The notes under the pieces: model-generated
The model's input: only the letters and a program-made list of their open reading frames with translations
The model's database searches: none
Told to the model about the DNA's origin: nothing
DNA from: an uncultured Pseudomonadales bacterium
GTDB lineage: Bacteria > Patescibacteriota > Microgenomatia > UBA1400 > PJMF01
Direction: 5' to 3'
Assembly (NCBI GenBank): GCA_964620965.1
Contig: CAZUHV010000001.1
Span: forward strand, 213,839 to 277,838
Length of the DNA stretch: 64,000 nucleotides
Made by a program: the position numbers and the translations under genes
Part shown: positions 19,145 through 29,462 of the stretch, one piece after another
Layout of the letters: each line of letters begins with the position of its first letter
How positions within the stretch are numbered: the first letter of the stretch is position 1

Positions 19145-20089
19145 TTATTCTCCCAAAGATACACCTTTCTTTTGAAGAGCTGCATCAATCAATACAACGC
19201 TCTTTCCACCTAAGTTTTTGACTTTAGCAACGACGTCTCTTGGAGCACCTTGTAAGTCACCAACTGTCTTGAATCCACCTTTTCGCAATGCGTTAGCGAT
19301 TCTTGTTGGAAGATCAAGCTCTTCGACTGTGAGTCTGAGAGTTTCTTGCTCTTCTGGTGATAATGATTCTTCGACTTCTACTACTTCTTCAATAATTGGA
19401 TCAAAGACTTGAGTGAATTGTCTTGCCAAGATACGTGCAGCTTGTTGAACAGCCTCAAGTGGAGAAACTGAACCATCAGTTTCAACTTCCATAACTAATT
19501 TATCAAAGTCAGTTCTTCTTCCAACACGTGTTTGTTCAACAGTGTATGAAACTTTAACAACTGGAGAATATAATGCGTCTAAAACAATTTCTCCAATAGA
19601 AGTTACGTTTTTCTCGTCTGCTAAAACATATCCAACACCTGTCTCAACGGTCATTTCTGCTTCAAACTTTTTGCCTTTTGCAACTGTTGCGATTGGAGCA
19701 CTTGTGTTGATAATTTCAAAACCAGCTTCACATTCAAAATCAGCTGCGGTAACTTCTGCAGGTCCAGTAACTGAAACTCTGATTGTACCTTTTTCTGAAG
19801 TTGAAGCTTTTACTTTTACTTGTTTTACGTTTAATGCAATATCAAGAACATCTTCTGTTAATCCTTCAACTGTAGAAAATTGATGATCAGCACCTTCAAT
19901 TCTTAAGCTGGTAATAGATGTACCTGGTAAAGAACTGAGTAAGACTCTTCTTAATGCGTTTCCAAGTGTGTGGCCGTATCCATTTTCAAGAGGATCAATA
20001 ACAATAGTTGCTTTTGTAGCACTAGAATTAACTTCCTCAATTTGGAAGGTTGGGTTCATACTTGGGATTGAGTTTAATTTAAGACTCAT
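19145..20089 (-). CDS. rpoA: RNA polymerase subunit alpha
   Basis: PLENGYGHTLGNALRRVLLSSLPG, TRVGRRTDFDKL, alpha-CTD NLGGKS. Confidence 0.97.
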   Translation of the reverse strand: MSLKLNSIPSMNPTFQIEEVNSSATKATIVIDPLENGYGHTLGNALRRVLLSSLPGTSITSLRIEGADHQFSTVEGLTEDVLDIALNVKQVKVKASTSEKGTIRVSVTGPAEVTAADFECEAGFEIINTSAPIATVAKGKKFEAEMTVETGVGYVLADEKNVTSIGEIVLDALYSPVVKVSYTVEQTRVGRRTDFDKLVMEVETDGSVSPLEAVQQAARILARQFTQVFDPIIEEVVEVEESLSPEEQETLRLTVEELDLPTRIANALRKGGFKTVGDLQGAPRDVVAKVKNLGGKSVVLIDAALQKKGVSLGE

Positions 20090-20179
20090 ATTTTTTTCTC
20101 CTTTGTTTCTCCTCCTCTGCTTTGCAGAGAATCCGTATCATAGGTTATTACTTTTATACTTTATACTTTTCTATATTCC

Positions 20180-20785
20180 TTATCGTGAGTAGTACTCAAC
20201 GACTAATTGTTCTTCAATCATTTCAGTTACGTCAGATCTCTCTGGGAATCTTGAAACTTTTGCTGCGCCACCCTTTTGTTCTAACCATGCAACAGCTGAT
20301 GCGCCTTCTTTTACGGCTTCTGCTGCAAATGGAACTTTAGAACCGCTATTTGAGAGTGTGATAACATCGTTCACATTAACAGTATATGAAGGGATATTCA
20401 TTTTCTTTCCATTAATTAAAACGTGGTTATGTACAACTAATTGTCTAGCTTGTGCACGTGTTCCTGCCCAACCAAGTCTGTAAACTGCATTATCAAGTCT
20501 TCTTTCGAGTAAACTTAACAAAGCGGCACCAGTAGCGGTAGGGTTTTTGGAAGCTTCTGCGTAAAGCTTTCTTAATTGTTTTTCCAAAATACCATAAATG
20601 AATTTGATTTTTTGTTTTTCTTGGAGCTGGGTACCAAAGTCAGAGAGTTTTCTCTTTGATTTTGCACCATGTTGTCCTGGTTTTATTGTTAAACGTCGAG
20701 CAACCTTTAAAGCATTGGTTTTTAATCCCAAGTCTTCACCGATTTTTCTGCTTAATTTGTTTTTTGGTCCTGTATATCTTGCCAT
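20180..20785 (-). CDS. rpsD: 30S ribosomal protein S4
   Basis: MARYTGPK, PGQHG, LERRLDNAVYRLG, VEYYSR. Confidence 0.97.
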   Translation of the reverse strand: MARYTGPKNKLSRKIGEDLGLKTNALKVARRLTIKPGQHGAKSKRKLSDFGTQLQEKQKIKFIYGILEKQLRKLYAEASKNPTATGAALLSLLERRLDNAVYRLGWAGTRAQARQLVVHNHVLINGKKMNIPSYTVNVNDVITLSNSGSKVPFAAEAVKEGASAVAWLEQKGGAAKVSRFPERSDVTEMIEEQLVVEYYSR

Positions 20786-20799
20786 AGTAGTATAAATCC

Positions 20800-21201
20800 T
20801 TATTTATTGTGCTTTGCTTTTCTTGGTCTTGTACCGTTATGTGGATCTGGAGTCATATCAGCAATCATACCGATTTTGATACCTTGAGCTTTTAAAACTC
20901 TTAAAGCCACATCTCTTCCTGGACCTGGTCCTTTAATGAAAAGATCCATTGTTCCCATTCCGAAAGCTTTTGCTTTATTAACTGCGTTTTCGACAGTAAT
21001 AGTAGCTGCATAAGGAGTAGATTTTCTTGAACCAGAAAATCCTGACTCACCAGCTGTTGACCAACAAACAACATTTCCCTGTTCATCAGTGATACTCACT
21101 AATGTACTGTTGAATGTTGCTGTGACATACAATCTACCTCTTGAAACTACTCGAGCGTTAGTTTTCTTGTTGTTTTTGGTTGTTTTGTTTGCTTGTGCCA
21201 T
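20800..21201 (-). CDS. rpsK: 30S ribosomal protein S11
   Basis: GFSGSRKSTPYAA, KGPGPGR, TPDPHNG. Confidence 0.97.
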   Translation of the reverse strand: MAQANKTTKNNKKTNARVVSRGRLYVTATFNSTLVSITDEQGNVVCWSTAGESGFSGSRKSTPYAATITVENAVNKAKAFGMGTMDLFIKGPGPGRDVALRVLKAQGIKIGMIADMTPDPHNGTRPRKAKHNK

Positions 21202-21218
21202 AATTCAAAATCTTCTTA

Positions 21219-21629
21219 TTATTTAGCTTTTTTTGCTGCTTCTAATTTTGCTGCCATTTCTTTAGTCATAGCACCAACTGTCTTTCTCTTAGCACCACCA
21301 CGTGCGCTACGAGAGTTTGTTTTTGTTCTTTGACCTCTAACAGGCAACTTCATAATGTGTCTTAAACCTCTATAAGCCTTGATTCTTTTAAGACGGTCAA
21401 TGTTATCGTTAACGTGGCGTCTTAAATCACCTTCAAGTTCATACTTATCTAAAACTCTTTGAATTCTCCCAATTTCGTCATTGTTAAGATCTTTAGCTCT
21501 TTTGTCTGGATCGACTTGAGCTTCTTTCAAAACAACTTCAGCAATTTTTTTACCAACTCCATATAAAGATTGGAGTGCGTAAAATATTTTCTTATTATCT
21601 GGTATATCAACACCTAAAATACGAGGCAT
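21219..21629 (-). CDS. rpsM: 30S ribosomal protein S13
   Basis: MPRILGVDIP, YRGLRH, LPVRGQRTKTN. Confidence 0.97.
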   Translation of the reverse strand: MPRILGVDIPDNKKIFYALQSLYGVGKKIAEVVLKEAQVDPDKRAKDLNNDEIGRIQRVLDKYELEGDLRRHVNDNIDRLKRIKAYRGLRHIMKLPVRGQRTKTNSRSARGGAKRKTVGAMTKEMAAKLEAAKKAK

Positions 21630-21647
21630 ATCTTTTTATTCCTTCTA

Positions 21648-21761
21648 TTATCCTTGTTTTCCTCTATGTTTTGGTTCTTTGCAAATTCTTCTCAAAACGC
21701 CTTTGCGTTTGATTAATTTGCAATGAATACAAATTGTTTTTAAAGATGATTTAACTTTCAT
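21648..21761 (-). CDS. rpmJ: 50S ribosomal protein L36, zinc-ribbon form
   Basis: Hand translation [37 protein letters not shown]; canonical position; too short for the ORF track. Confidence 0.93.
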   Translation of the reverse strand: MKVKSSLKTICIHCKLIKRKGVLRRICKEPKHRGKQG

Positions 21762-21836
21762 GATGTATCTCTTTACTTATCTCTCTATTTTTTGACAGGG
21801 TTGAATTGTACCTCTAACCTGACTACTTGACTAGAC

Positions 21837-22166
21837 TCAAATTGACTGCGAATCATTTTTTGCTGATCTATAGGTGATTTTACATTTTTTGAGGTCATAT
21901 TTACTTACATAACCTTTAACAAAATCACCAGGCAAAACGCGGATTCTATATAATCTCATTTTTCCTACTAGTGTTCCTAATAAATCTTGACCAATCATTG
22001 GGGTTACTTCAGATCCGGTCACTTTGACTCTAAACATTGTGTTTGGTAAACATGCCTCAACTACGCCTTCTATTTCAAAGCGATCGTTTGTGTTTGATTT
22101 TTCGGCAGTTGTGTCTACTTGACGTCTTGCTTTTGCTGCTCGTTTATGGTCTTGTACTTTACCCAT
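21837..22166 (-). CDS. infA: Translation initiation factor IF-1, extended form
   Basis: EGVVEACLPNTMFRV, GKMRLYRIRVLPGD, YDL..ITYR; lies between map and rpmJ. Confidence 0.9.
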   Translation of the reverse strand: MGKVQDHKRAAKARRQVDTTAEKSNTNDRFEIEGVVEACLPNTMFRVKVTGSEVTPMIGQDLLGTLVGKMRLYRIRVLPGDFVKGYVSKYDLKKCKITYRSAKNDSQSI

Positions 22167-22249
22167 ACTATATTTTTCCTTTTACTAAGGGATTTTTAAT
22201 TAGTGATATAACATGCAAAAAAGCCCTCAGAACAGATAATTATATCAGA

Positions 22250-22999
22250 TTATGCTGATTTTGTCAGCACCTCAGGCCCATTTTTGGTAACTAAGACAGT
22301 TTCTTCAAACATTCCAGACAAAGAACCATCTACTGTAACATATGTCCAGCCATCTTTTGCCTCTTCAAGAACCGGGCTTTCCATTGTGTACATATTTTCG
22401 ATTGCAAGGGTTTGACCCTCAACTAATTTTATTTTTTTGTCTGCTTTACTTGGCGAACAAGGAATTGCTGGATCCATATGTAGTTGTTCACCAACACCAT
22501 GTCCGGTTAGTTGAAACACTACCCCATAGCCTTTTGTACGCAGTGGTTTTTCCATAGCAAAGCTAATATCATATACAGAATTACCTGGTTTTGCCTGAGC
22601 AATTGCTTTTTCCAAAGAAACTTTACCTGCATGCAAGAACTCTTCTATTTCTTTTGAAACAGCACCTACAGGAAAAGTAATCGAGGTATCCAAGTGATAC
22701 CCTTTGTTGATTAAACCAATATCTATAGAAATAACATCACCATCTACAACTCGTTTACCTTTTGGAATACCATGACAAACTTCTTCGTTTTTCATGACAC
22801 AAGTTGCCCAGTGATATCCTGGAACAGTAGAAAATGAAGGCACCATACCAGCTTTTTTAATAAGATCTTGTGCTTTGTCTTCGATAGCTTCAAAAGTTGT
22901 TCCAACTTTCACAAAAGCCTGGAGCTCTGCTTTAATTTTACCTAAAGCTGCACCACCTTCTCGCATTGCTTGTATTTTGTTCTCGAGCTGTGTATTCAT
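22250..22999 (-). CDS. map: Methionine aminopeptidase type I
   Basis: NEEVCHGIP, DIGL, DTSIT, GHGVG, LAIE, FEETVLVT. Confidence 0.95.
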   Translation of the reverse strand: MNTQLENKIQAMREGGAALGKIKAELQAFVKVGTTFEAIEDKAQDLIKKAGMVPSFSTVPGYHWATCVMKNEEVCHGIPKGKRVVDGDVISIDIGLINKGYHLDTSITFPVGAVSKEIEEFLHAGKVSLEKAIAQAKPGNSVYDISFAMEKPLRTKGYGVVFQLTGHGVGEQLHMDPAIPCSPSKADKKIKLVEGQTLAIENMYTMESPVLEEAKDGWTYVTVDGSLSGMFEETVLVTKNGPEVLTKSA

Positions 23000-23043
23000 A
23001 AATCAAGACTGGTATTATACCATTTTTATGGGATGTTTGCTAC

Positions 23044-23073
23044 AAAAAAGCCCCATATTTCTATGAGGCTTTT
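23044..23073 (-). terminator. Intrinsic terminator after adk
   Basis: Minus strand AAAAGCCTCATA-GAAA-TATGGGGCTTTTTT. Confidence 0.7.
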
Positions 23074-23092
23074 CAAATTTCATCAACAATAA

Positions 23093-23647
23093 TTATTTCT
23101 TGATATTAAACTTTTTATCAAGTTGTTTTTTGATATCTTTAAAAACTGCATCCATATCTTGTTCACCATCAACAGCAACAAGTTTGTCTCTTTCTCTGTA
23201 ATAAGAAACAACTGGTTGGGTAAATTCGTGGAAAGAATCAATTCTTCTTTTGATTGCATGCACAGTTTCATCTTGTCTATCGGAAACTCTACCAGCAATT
23301 CTCCAAAGCGCCTCTTTGTCTGAGACATCCAAGAAAACAACAGCTTCAACACCTTCTTTGAATGCTTCTGCTTGTACAACTGTTCTTGGAAAACCATCAA
23401 GAATATATCCGTTTGCATATTCTGGTTTTTCTAAATATGTGAAGATAATTTCTAAGGTTTTTTCGTCTGGAACTAAAGCCCCAGAGTTAATGGTTTCTTT
23501 TAACCATCTTCCCATTTGTGTTTTCTCCTTAGCCATTTCTCTAAAAATATGACCAGAAGACAGATATGGAATATTGTATTCTTCAGAAAGGAAGTTACCT
23601 TGAGTGGACTTTCCTGCCCCTTGAATACCAATCAAAACGAGTTTCAT
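23093..23647 (-). CDS. adk: Adenylate kinase, short (LID-less) form
   Basis: GIQGAGKSTQ, GALVPDE, GYILDGFPRT. Confidence 0.92.
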   Translation of the reverse strand: MKLVLIGIQGAGKSTQGNFLSEEYNIPYLSSGHIFREMAKEKTQMGRWLKETINSGALVPDEKTLEIIFTYLEKPEYANGYILDGFPRTVVQAEAFKEGVEAVVFLDVSDKEALWRIAGRVSDRQDETVHAIKRRIDSFHEFTQPVVSYYRERDKLVAVDGEQDMDAVFKDIKKQLDKKFNIKK

Positions 23648-23672
23648 AATCGCTTTCTCCCGCGAGGGTAAT

Positions 23673-24953
23673 TTATAAGAACCTGTCGTAGTTTTGCTCT
23701 ACTAACATACTTTCTACTTGTTTGTATGTTTCAAGGACAACTGAAACGACAATTAAAATACTTGTACCACTAATAGCTAGCTGACCAATGCCCAATGAGA
23801 TTTGTGCTAAAGAAGGAAGTAAGGCAATAATTCCCAAGAACAATGCTCCAGCTAAAGTTATACGTGTTACAACAAATTCTAAGTACTTTTTAGTAGCACT
23901 GCCCGGTCTAATTCCAGGAACAAATGCACCACTCTTTTTTAACTCGTCGGAAATATCTCCAGCGTTAAAGAAAATGAGCGCACTAAAAAAGGTAAAGAAA
24001 AATACAATTATGAAGTACAAGATCATGTATAAAGGCGAAGTCTGGGTAAACATAACAGTAATGCTATTTCCCCACTCAATAAATTTTGGATTGTTTGAAG
24101 CTACCAATAATCTCGCAACAAAAGATGGAACCAACATTATAGAAACTGCAAAAATGATTGGCATAACACCGGCAACATTAACTTTAATTGGCAGATGAGA
24201 TTTCTCGCCACCAACAACTTTGCTGCCTCTTGTTCTTTTTGCATACTGAATTGTAATCTTGCGAACTGCTTCGTTCATAAACACAACCAAACCAATAATT
24301 GCCAAAAACAGAGCTACAAAAGAAATCAAAACAAATGCTTGATCTGAACTAGAGTTTGCAACATCAACAAATGAAAGTGGAAGTTGACTCATAATACCTG
24401 CAAACAAAATCATAGAAATACCGTTTCCAATGCCTTTTTCGGTCACTAATTCTCCAAGCCATGTAACAATCATAGAACCGGCTACAAGACTTAAAATCAT
24501 GGTTACAATGGTTAAAGGAGCAGCTTCTCCCATTAATCCAGAAGATCTCAATAATGCCAAAACGGAAATGCTTTGTCCAACGGCTAAAGGAAGTGATAAG
24601 TATCTGGTGTACTGGTTAATTTTTTCTCTACCAGCTTCACCGTCTTTTTGCATCTCTTTAATTTGAGGAAACACCATACCTGCTAACTGCATCACGATAG
24701 AAGCAGTAATGTATGGGTTAATTCCAACAGCCAAAACGGAAAAGTTTGAAAGTGTTCCACCAGAGAAAACATTTAATAAACTTAAAAATTGATTAGAAGC
24801 AAATAAGTTTCTTAATTGAATGATATCAACTGAAGGAAGTGGAATGTGAGCGAAAAATCTAAATACTAAAAGGATAGCTGCGGTAAATAGGAGCTTGTTT
24901 CTTAACTCTATATTTGAATTAACTTTTTTCAAGAAGGCGGTTATTTTTTGCAC
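23673..24953 (-). CDS. secY: Preprotein translocase subunit SecY
   Basis: [39 protein letters not shown]. Confidence 0.97.
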   Translation of the reverse strand: MQKITAFLKKVNSNIELRNKLLFTAAILLVFRFFAHIPLPSVDIIQLRNLFASNQFLSLLNVFSGGTLSNFSVLAVGINPYITASIVMQLAGMVFPQIKEMQKDGEAGREKINQYTRYLSLPLAVGQSISVLALLRSSGLMGEAAPLTIVTMILSLVAGSMIVTWLGELVTEKGIGNGISMILFAGIMSQLPLSFVDVANSSSDQAFVLISFVALFLAIIGLVVFMNEAVRKITIQYAKRTRGSKVVGGEKSHLPIKVNVAGVMPIIFAVSIMLVPSFVARLLVASNNPKFIEWGNSITVMFTQTSPLYMILYFIIVFFFTFFSALIFFNAGDISDELKKSGAFVPGIRPGSATKKYLEFVVTRITLAGALFLGIIALLPSLAQISLGIGQLAISGTSILIVVSVVLETYKQVESMLVEQNYDRFL

Positions 24954-25031
24954 GAGCCTCTTTTTCTTCCTTTGTTATTCTAATGTTATTCTAAACAAAA
25001 ATACCTATCAAAGATATCAAATTTTGTTTAA

Positions 25032-25469
25032 TTACGCAACTGTACCACCTGCAGCTTCAATTGCTTGAGCAGCAGTTTTAGTAACACTGATTCCTTGAAC
25101 AGAAACTTTTCTGCTAATTGTTCCAGAAGCAATGATTTTTGCTTTCTTGAATTTTGAATCAATGACTTTTTCTAACTTTAATGTATCCAAAGTGATAACA
25201 TCAGCTTTCATGTTGTTGACTTCAGAAAGTGTGATTTCTGCAGTTGGTCTCACAACATTAAGTCTGCCTTTACCTCTAAGCATAGGTAAACGTTTGATTA
25301 ATGGTAATTGTCCACCTTCAAACCAAAGAGGAATATTCGCACCTTGTCTTGATTTTTGACCTTTTTGACCTTTTGAGGAGTTATGTCCACCTTTACCTGA
25401 ACCATATCCACGGCCAAGTCTCTTGTTGGATTTAGTTGTTGATCTGGATAATTTGTTTAGTAATGACAT
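25032..25469 (-). CDS. rplO: 50S ribosomal protein L15
   Basis: RLGRGYGSGKG, GQKGQKSR, FEGGQLPL. Confidence 0.97.
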   Translation of the reverse strand: MSLLNKLSRSTTKSNKRLGRGYGSGKGGHNSSKGQKGQKSRQGANIPLWFEGGQLPLIKRLPMLRGKGRLNVVRPTAEITLSEVNNMKADVITLDTLKLEKVIDSKFKKAKIIASGTISRKVSVQGISVTKTAAQAIEAAGGTVA

Positions 25470-25471
25470 AT

Positions 25472-26125
25472 TTATTTTTTCTCTTCAGCTTTTTTTACTG
25501 TTTTCTTTGGAGCTGCTTTTTTAGCTGGAGCTTTTTTTTCAGGTGCTTTTGGGGCAGTTTTCTTTTCTGCCTCGTGTGCAGCTTTTGCTTTTTCTTGTAA
25601 CTCTTTAAGTTTTGCAGCTTCTTCAGCTTCTACTTCAGCAATAGATTTTAATTTAATTCCTTTTAGCTCGACAATTCTTGAAATTTGAGCCAGTGCTTCA
25701 AAGGTTGCATAGACACTTGAAGCTTGGTTTTCTGAACCTAAGATCTTGCTTGAAATATCTCTGATACCTGCAGCTTCAACAACTGCTCTTACTGGACCAC
25801 CAGCAATAACTCCAGAACCCTTTGGAGCTGGTTTGAGCATAACTCTACCTGCACCTTTTTTGACTTCAATTGGGAAAGGAACAGTTGTACCATCCAAAGG
25901 AACAGAAATTAGTTTCTTTTTAGCTTTTTTGATTCCTTTTTTAATAGCACCAAGAACATCACTTGCTTTACCAAGTCCAACACCAACTTTACCTTTTTTG
26001 TCTCCAACAACCATTAAAACGGAGAAACCAACTTTGTTTCCACCTTTGGTTTTTTTAGAGACGCGAGAAATTTGAATCACTTTCTCATCAAATTCTTTTG
26101 GTTCATTCATAGTCTTCATGTTCAT
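25472..26125 (-). CDS. rpsE: 30S ribosomal protein S5 with K/A/P-rich C-terminal tail
   Basis: RVSKKTKGG, VVGDKKG, PAPKGSGVIAGG. Confidence 0.97.
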   Translation of the reverse strand: MNMKTMNEPKEFDEKVIQISRVSKKTKGGNKVGFSVLMVVGDKKGKVGVGLGKASDVLGAIKKGIKKAKKKLISVPLDGTTVPFPIEVKKGAGRVMLKPAPKGSGVIAGGPVRAVVEAAGIRDISSKILGSENQASSVYATFEALAQISRIVELKGIKLKSIAEVEAEEAAKLKELQEKAKAAHEAEKKTAPKAPEKKAPAKKAAPKKTVKKAEEKK

Positions 26126-26130
26126 GTATG

Positions 26131-26502
26131 TTATACCTCAATTCCACCATCGCGAAGTGCTTGTGCGACGGCTTTAACTCTACCGTGATACTTGTATTGA
26201 CCTCTGTCGAAAACAACAGCGGTAACTTTAGCTTTTTTCAAAGAAACGAGTAATGCTTCTGTTGCTTTGATAGCTGTTGCAGTTTTTGTTACTTCAGAGC
26301 CTTTTGTAACTGCTTTTCTAATTTTGACATCATTTGCACTGGCTACAGTGACACCTGAGTCATCATTAACTGCTTGTAAATACACATATTTGTTAGATTT
26401 GTGTACTGTTAAACGAGGGCGAGCTTGAGTGCCATGCAACTTTGCTCTAACTCTCATTTTTCTCTTTTCTGCGACTGTTAGATTGTGGTTAATTTTTGCC
26501 AT
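26131..26502 (-). CDS. rplR: 50S ribosomal protein L18
   Basis: RPRLTVHKSN, VVFDRGQYKYHGRV. Confidence 0.97.
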   Translation of the reverse strand: MAKINHNLTVAEKRKMRVRAKLHGTQARPRLTVHKSNKYVYLQAVNDDSGVTVASANDVKIRKAVTKGSEVTKTATAIKATEALLVSLKKAKVTAVVFDRGQYKYHGRVKAVAQALRDGGIEV

Positions 26503-26529
26503 AGTGTCCTAAATTCTAGTGCCGCGACT

Positions 26530-27066
26530 TTACGCTGCAGCTTTTCCTTGTTTTCTTCTAACTTCTTCGTCTTCATAACGAATACCTTTGCCTTTATAAG
26601 GCTCTGGTGGTCTAATTTTTCTGATGTTAGCAGCAACCTGACCAACAGCTTGTTTGTTAGAACCTTCAATGTGAATTGTGTCGGTTCCTTCAACTTTAAT
26701 GCTAACTCCTTGTTCTGGAACAAAGTCTACAGGGTGTGAAAATCCAACAGCAAGTTGGATTCCTGCACCTTGTGCTTTAACTCTATATCCAGTTCCAATT
26801 AATTTTAATGTTTTTTTGTAACCTTCAGTTACACCAACAACTGCATTGTTGAGTAAGCTTCTGATAAGCCCATGAAATGCTCTTGTTTGTTTTTCATCAT
26901 TTGTTCTAGTGACTAAAACATTGTTTTCTTTAACTTCAACAACAATTCCTGGCAACAATTCAACTGTTAATTGACCTTTTTGTCCCTTAACTTCAATAAT
27001 AGAACCAGTAACAGTGACTGTAACACCTTGTGGAACTGTAATAGCTTTTAAACCAATTCTTGACAT
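26530..27066 (-). CDS. rplF: 50S ribosomal protein L6
   Basis: MSRIG, GFSHPV, RPPEPYKGKGIRY. Confidence 0.97.
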   Translation of the reverse strand: MSRIGLKAITVPQGVTVTVTGSIIEVKGQKGQLTVELLPGIVVEVKENNVLVTRTNDEKQTRAFHGLIRSLLNNAVVGVTEGYKKTLKLIGTGYRVKAQGAGIQLAVGFSHPVDFVPEQGVSIKVEGTDTIHIEGSNKQAVGQVAANIRKIRPPEPYKGKGIRYEDEEVRRKQGKAAA

Positions 27067-27080
27067 AATCTATTGTACCT

Positions 27081-27473
27081 TTACCAAACTTGGCAGAGTA
27101 GTTCCCCTCCAATGTTCTCTTTTCTAGCTCTTTTATCTGTCATAACTCCCTTACTGGTAGAAAGAATGGTAATACCATATCCACCTAATGCTTTTGGAAG
27201 TTGTTTTGCAGGTGCGTATAATCTTCTACCTGGTTTAGACAATCTTTTAACATCATTAATAACAGGTAATCTTCCAATATACTTTAATGTTAAAACTAAA
27301 GTATTAAAAGGAGTACCTTCTTTAACTGTTACCTCAGATAAATAACCTTCTTCAACTAAGATCTCTGCAATAGATTTCTTAATTTTTGAGTAAGGAACTT
27401 CAACGGTAGAATGTCTAGCCATGTGAGCGTTCTTTATTCTGATGATGATGTCTGCAATTGGATCTGTGATCAT
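27081..27473 (-). CDS. rpsH: 30S ribosomal protein S8
   Basis: TDPIAD, SKPGRRLY, STSKGVMT, GGELLC. Confidence 0.97.
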   Translation of the reverse strand: MITDPIADIIIRIKNAHMARHSTVEVPYSKIKKSIAEILVEEGYLSEVTVKEGTPFNTLVLTLKYIGRLPVINDVKRLSKPGRRLYAPAKQLPKALGGYGITILSTSKGVMTDKRARKENIGGELLCQVW

Positions 27474-27488
27474 ATCTCTTTAAACCTT

Positions 27489-27719
27489 TTATTTACTGGA
27501 TTTAACTACACCTGGTAGTTCACCCTTTGAAGCTAATTCTCTAAACATAAGTCTGCTTAGACCAAAAAATCTTATATAACCTTTTGGACGTCCAGTAATT
27601 TTACATCTGTTGACGCCTCTGGTAGAGAACTTGTTAACTTTCTTTTCACCAGAAAGTTCATATCTTGATCTCTTTGCGAGTAGTTTTTTAGATTTTGCAA
27701 TCTTTGATTTTTTAGCCAT
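27489..27719 (-). CDS. rpsN: 30S ribosomal protein S14, zinc-free form, 76 aa
   Basis: [24 protein letters not shown]. Confidence 0.95.
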   Translation of the reverse strand: MAKKSKIAKSKKLLAKRSRYELSGEKKVNKFSTRGVNRCKITGRPKGYIRFFGLSRLMFRELASKGELPGVVKSSK

Positions 27720-27722
27720 GTA

Positions 27723-28277
27723 TTATTTTTCCTCTTTTTCAAATGGCATACCCATTAATTCTAATAATTTATAGGTATGTGCATCATTTTTTGTTGTTGT
27801 AACGAATACGATCTGTAAACTTCTAATGTTTTCAATCTTATCGTAATCGATTTCTGGGAAAATGATTTGTTCTTCAATTCCCATTGAGTAGTTTCCTTGT
27901 CCATCAAACGCAACTCTAGAAACACCTCTGAAGTCTTTCACACGTGGAAGAGCAACTGCGATAAGTTTCTCTAAAAATCCCCACATACGATCGCCTCTTA
28001 AAGTAACTTTTACTCCAAGTGGATCTCCTGCTCTCAACTTGAATCCTGCAATTGATTTTCTTGCAGTGGTAATAACTGGTTTTTGACCAGAAATAACCTC
28101 AAATTGTTCAACAATATTGGAAATAATTTGTTTTCTTTGTCTTGGATCTTGTGGATCTGCAACACCAATATTTAAAACAATCTTTTGAAGTTTTGGAACC
28201 TCAAAAATATTTTTGAGTTTTAATTCTTCTTTAAGTTGATTTGCAACTGTCTTGTTGTAATAGTTTCTTAATTGCAT
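27723..28277 (-). CDS. rplE: 50S ribosomal protein L5
   Basis: GQKPVIT, KVTLRG, ALPRVKDFRG, FDGQGNY. Confidence 0.97.
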   Translation of the reverse strand: MQLRNYYNKTVANQLKEELKLKNIFEVPKLQKIVLNIGVADPQDPRQRKQIISNIVEQFEVISGQKPVITTARKSIAGFKLRAGDPLGVKVTLRGDRMWGFLEKLIAVALPRVKDFRGVSRVAFDGQGNYSMGIEEQIIFPEIDYDKIENIRSLQIVFVTTTKNDAHTYKLLELMGMPFEKEEK

Positions 28278-28282
28278 GTCTG

Positions 28283-28609
28283 TTATTTCTTACTCTCTTT
28301 ATTTTCTTTAATCATGGTTCCAGTTTTCTTAAAAACTCTTACTTTAGAACCATCATCAGCAACTCTGTATCCAATTCTGTCTGCTTGATCTTTATCATTT
28401 AAGATAGCTATCTTCGCAGTAGAAAGGAATCTTTCGACTAAAACTTTGTCTCCAGATCTTCCCATCATTGGTTTGATGTGTTTTACATATTTGTTAACAC
28501 CTTCAACAATGACGCGTTCAGATTTAGGATCAACCTTAACAATTGTTCCGGTTTTACCCTTATCTTTTCCTGCTGTTACTAATACTTTGTCGCCTACTTT
28601 AAATTTCAT
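28283..28609 (-). CDS. rplX: 50S ribosomal protein L24
   Basis: GDKVLVTAGKDKGK, VEGVN. Confidence 0.96.
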   Translation of the reverse strand: MKFKVGDKVLVTAGKDKGKTGTIVKVDPKSERVIVEGVNKYVKHIKPMMGRSGDKVLVERFLSTAKIAILNDKDQADRIGYRVADDGSKVRVFKKTGTMIKENKESKK

Positions 28610-28619
28610 AACTCAGTCC

Positions 28620-28994
28620 TTATAAAACCTCTGGTGCCAAACTTGCAATTTTGCTGAACAACTTGTTTTTAACTTCTCTTGCGATAGGGCCAAAAACACG
28701 AGTTCCAACTGGGTTTGGGTTCTTTCTTGATTCAATAATAACTGCTGCGTTATCATCAAATCTGATATATTCACCGGTTTTTCTTCTAACTTCTTTTTTG
28801 GTTCTGACAATAACTGCCTTAACCATTTCACCTTTTTTAACATTTCCTGCTGCATCTGCTTGAATAACAGAAGCGGCAACAATATCACCGACTGTACCAA
28901 ATTTTTTCTTTGATCCGCCGTGAACTTGAATGACTCTAAGTTTTTTTGCTCCTGAGTTGTCAGCAACAGTGAGAACAGAACGTAATTGTATCAT
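28620..28994 (-). CDS. rplN: 50S ribosomal protein L14
   Basis: [22 protein letters not shown]. Confidence 0.97.
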   Translation of the reverse strand: MIQLRSVLTVADNSGAKKLRVIQVHGGSKKKFGTVGDIVAASVIQADAAGNVKKGEMVKAVIVRTKKEVRRKTGEYIRFDDNAAVIIESRKNPNPVGTRVFGPIAREVKNKLFSKIASLAPEVL

Positions 28995-29233
28995 TATTTG
29001 GTTCCTTCTACTTTACTAACTACTCTAAATTTTTTTGTTTTGCTTACTGGAACACAAGATTCTATTAAAACATTGTCCCCAACTTGCAACTCAATGCCTT
29101 CAACGTGACATGCATAATTTTTTGTACGTTTCACTGATTTTAGATAAATAGGGTGTTTCCACATACGAGCAACAGAAACCTTTGCGGTTTTGTCATTCTT
29201 TAGTGATATCACTGTTCCTTGCATTGCTTTCAT
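28994..29233 (-). CDS. rpsQ: 30S ribosomal protein S17
   Basis: KHPIY, GDNVLIE, PVSKTK. Confidence 0.95.
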   Translation of the reverse strand: MKAMQGTVISLKNDKTAKVSVARMWKHPIYLKSVKRTKNYACHVEGIELQVGDNVLIESCVPVSKTKKFRVVSKVEGTK

Positions 29234-29245
29234 ATATATCTTCTC

Positions 29246-29455
29246 TTATTCTGCTTTTTCAGCTTTTTTCTTCATGCTTAGTACTGTTTTAACTCTTGCA
29301 ACATCATCAGATAACAAAGCTGTGTGAGTGTTTTTCAACTTACCTGCAGCTTTTTTAAGTCTTGCTTGAGCCAACTCAACTAACAAGTCTTTAAGTTGAA
29401 CTTCCAACTCTTGGACTGTTTTGTTGTGTAATGCCTTAATATCATTTCTTTTCAT
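29246..29455 (-). CDS. rpmC: 50S ribosomal protein L29
   Basis: Position between rplP and rpsQ; helical, VARVKTVL. Confidence 0.9.
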   Translation of the reverse strand: MKRNDIKALHNKTVQELEVQLKDLLVELAQARLKKAAGKLKNTHTALLSDDVARVKTVLSMKKKAEKAE

Positions 29456-29462
29456 AATTCGC

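Noticed and set aside
20140-20175. Short AAAGTAT tandem repeats in the rpsD-rpoA spacer and similar words in other spacers
   Set aside because: Low-complexity AT-rich words; cannot be distinguished from background without statistics
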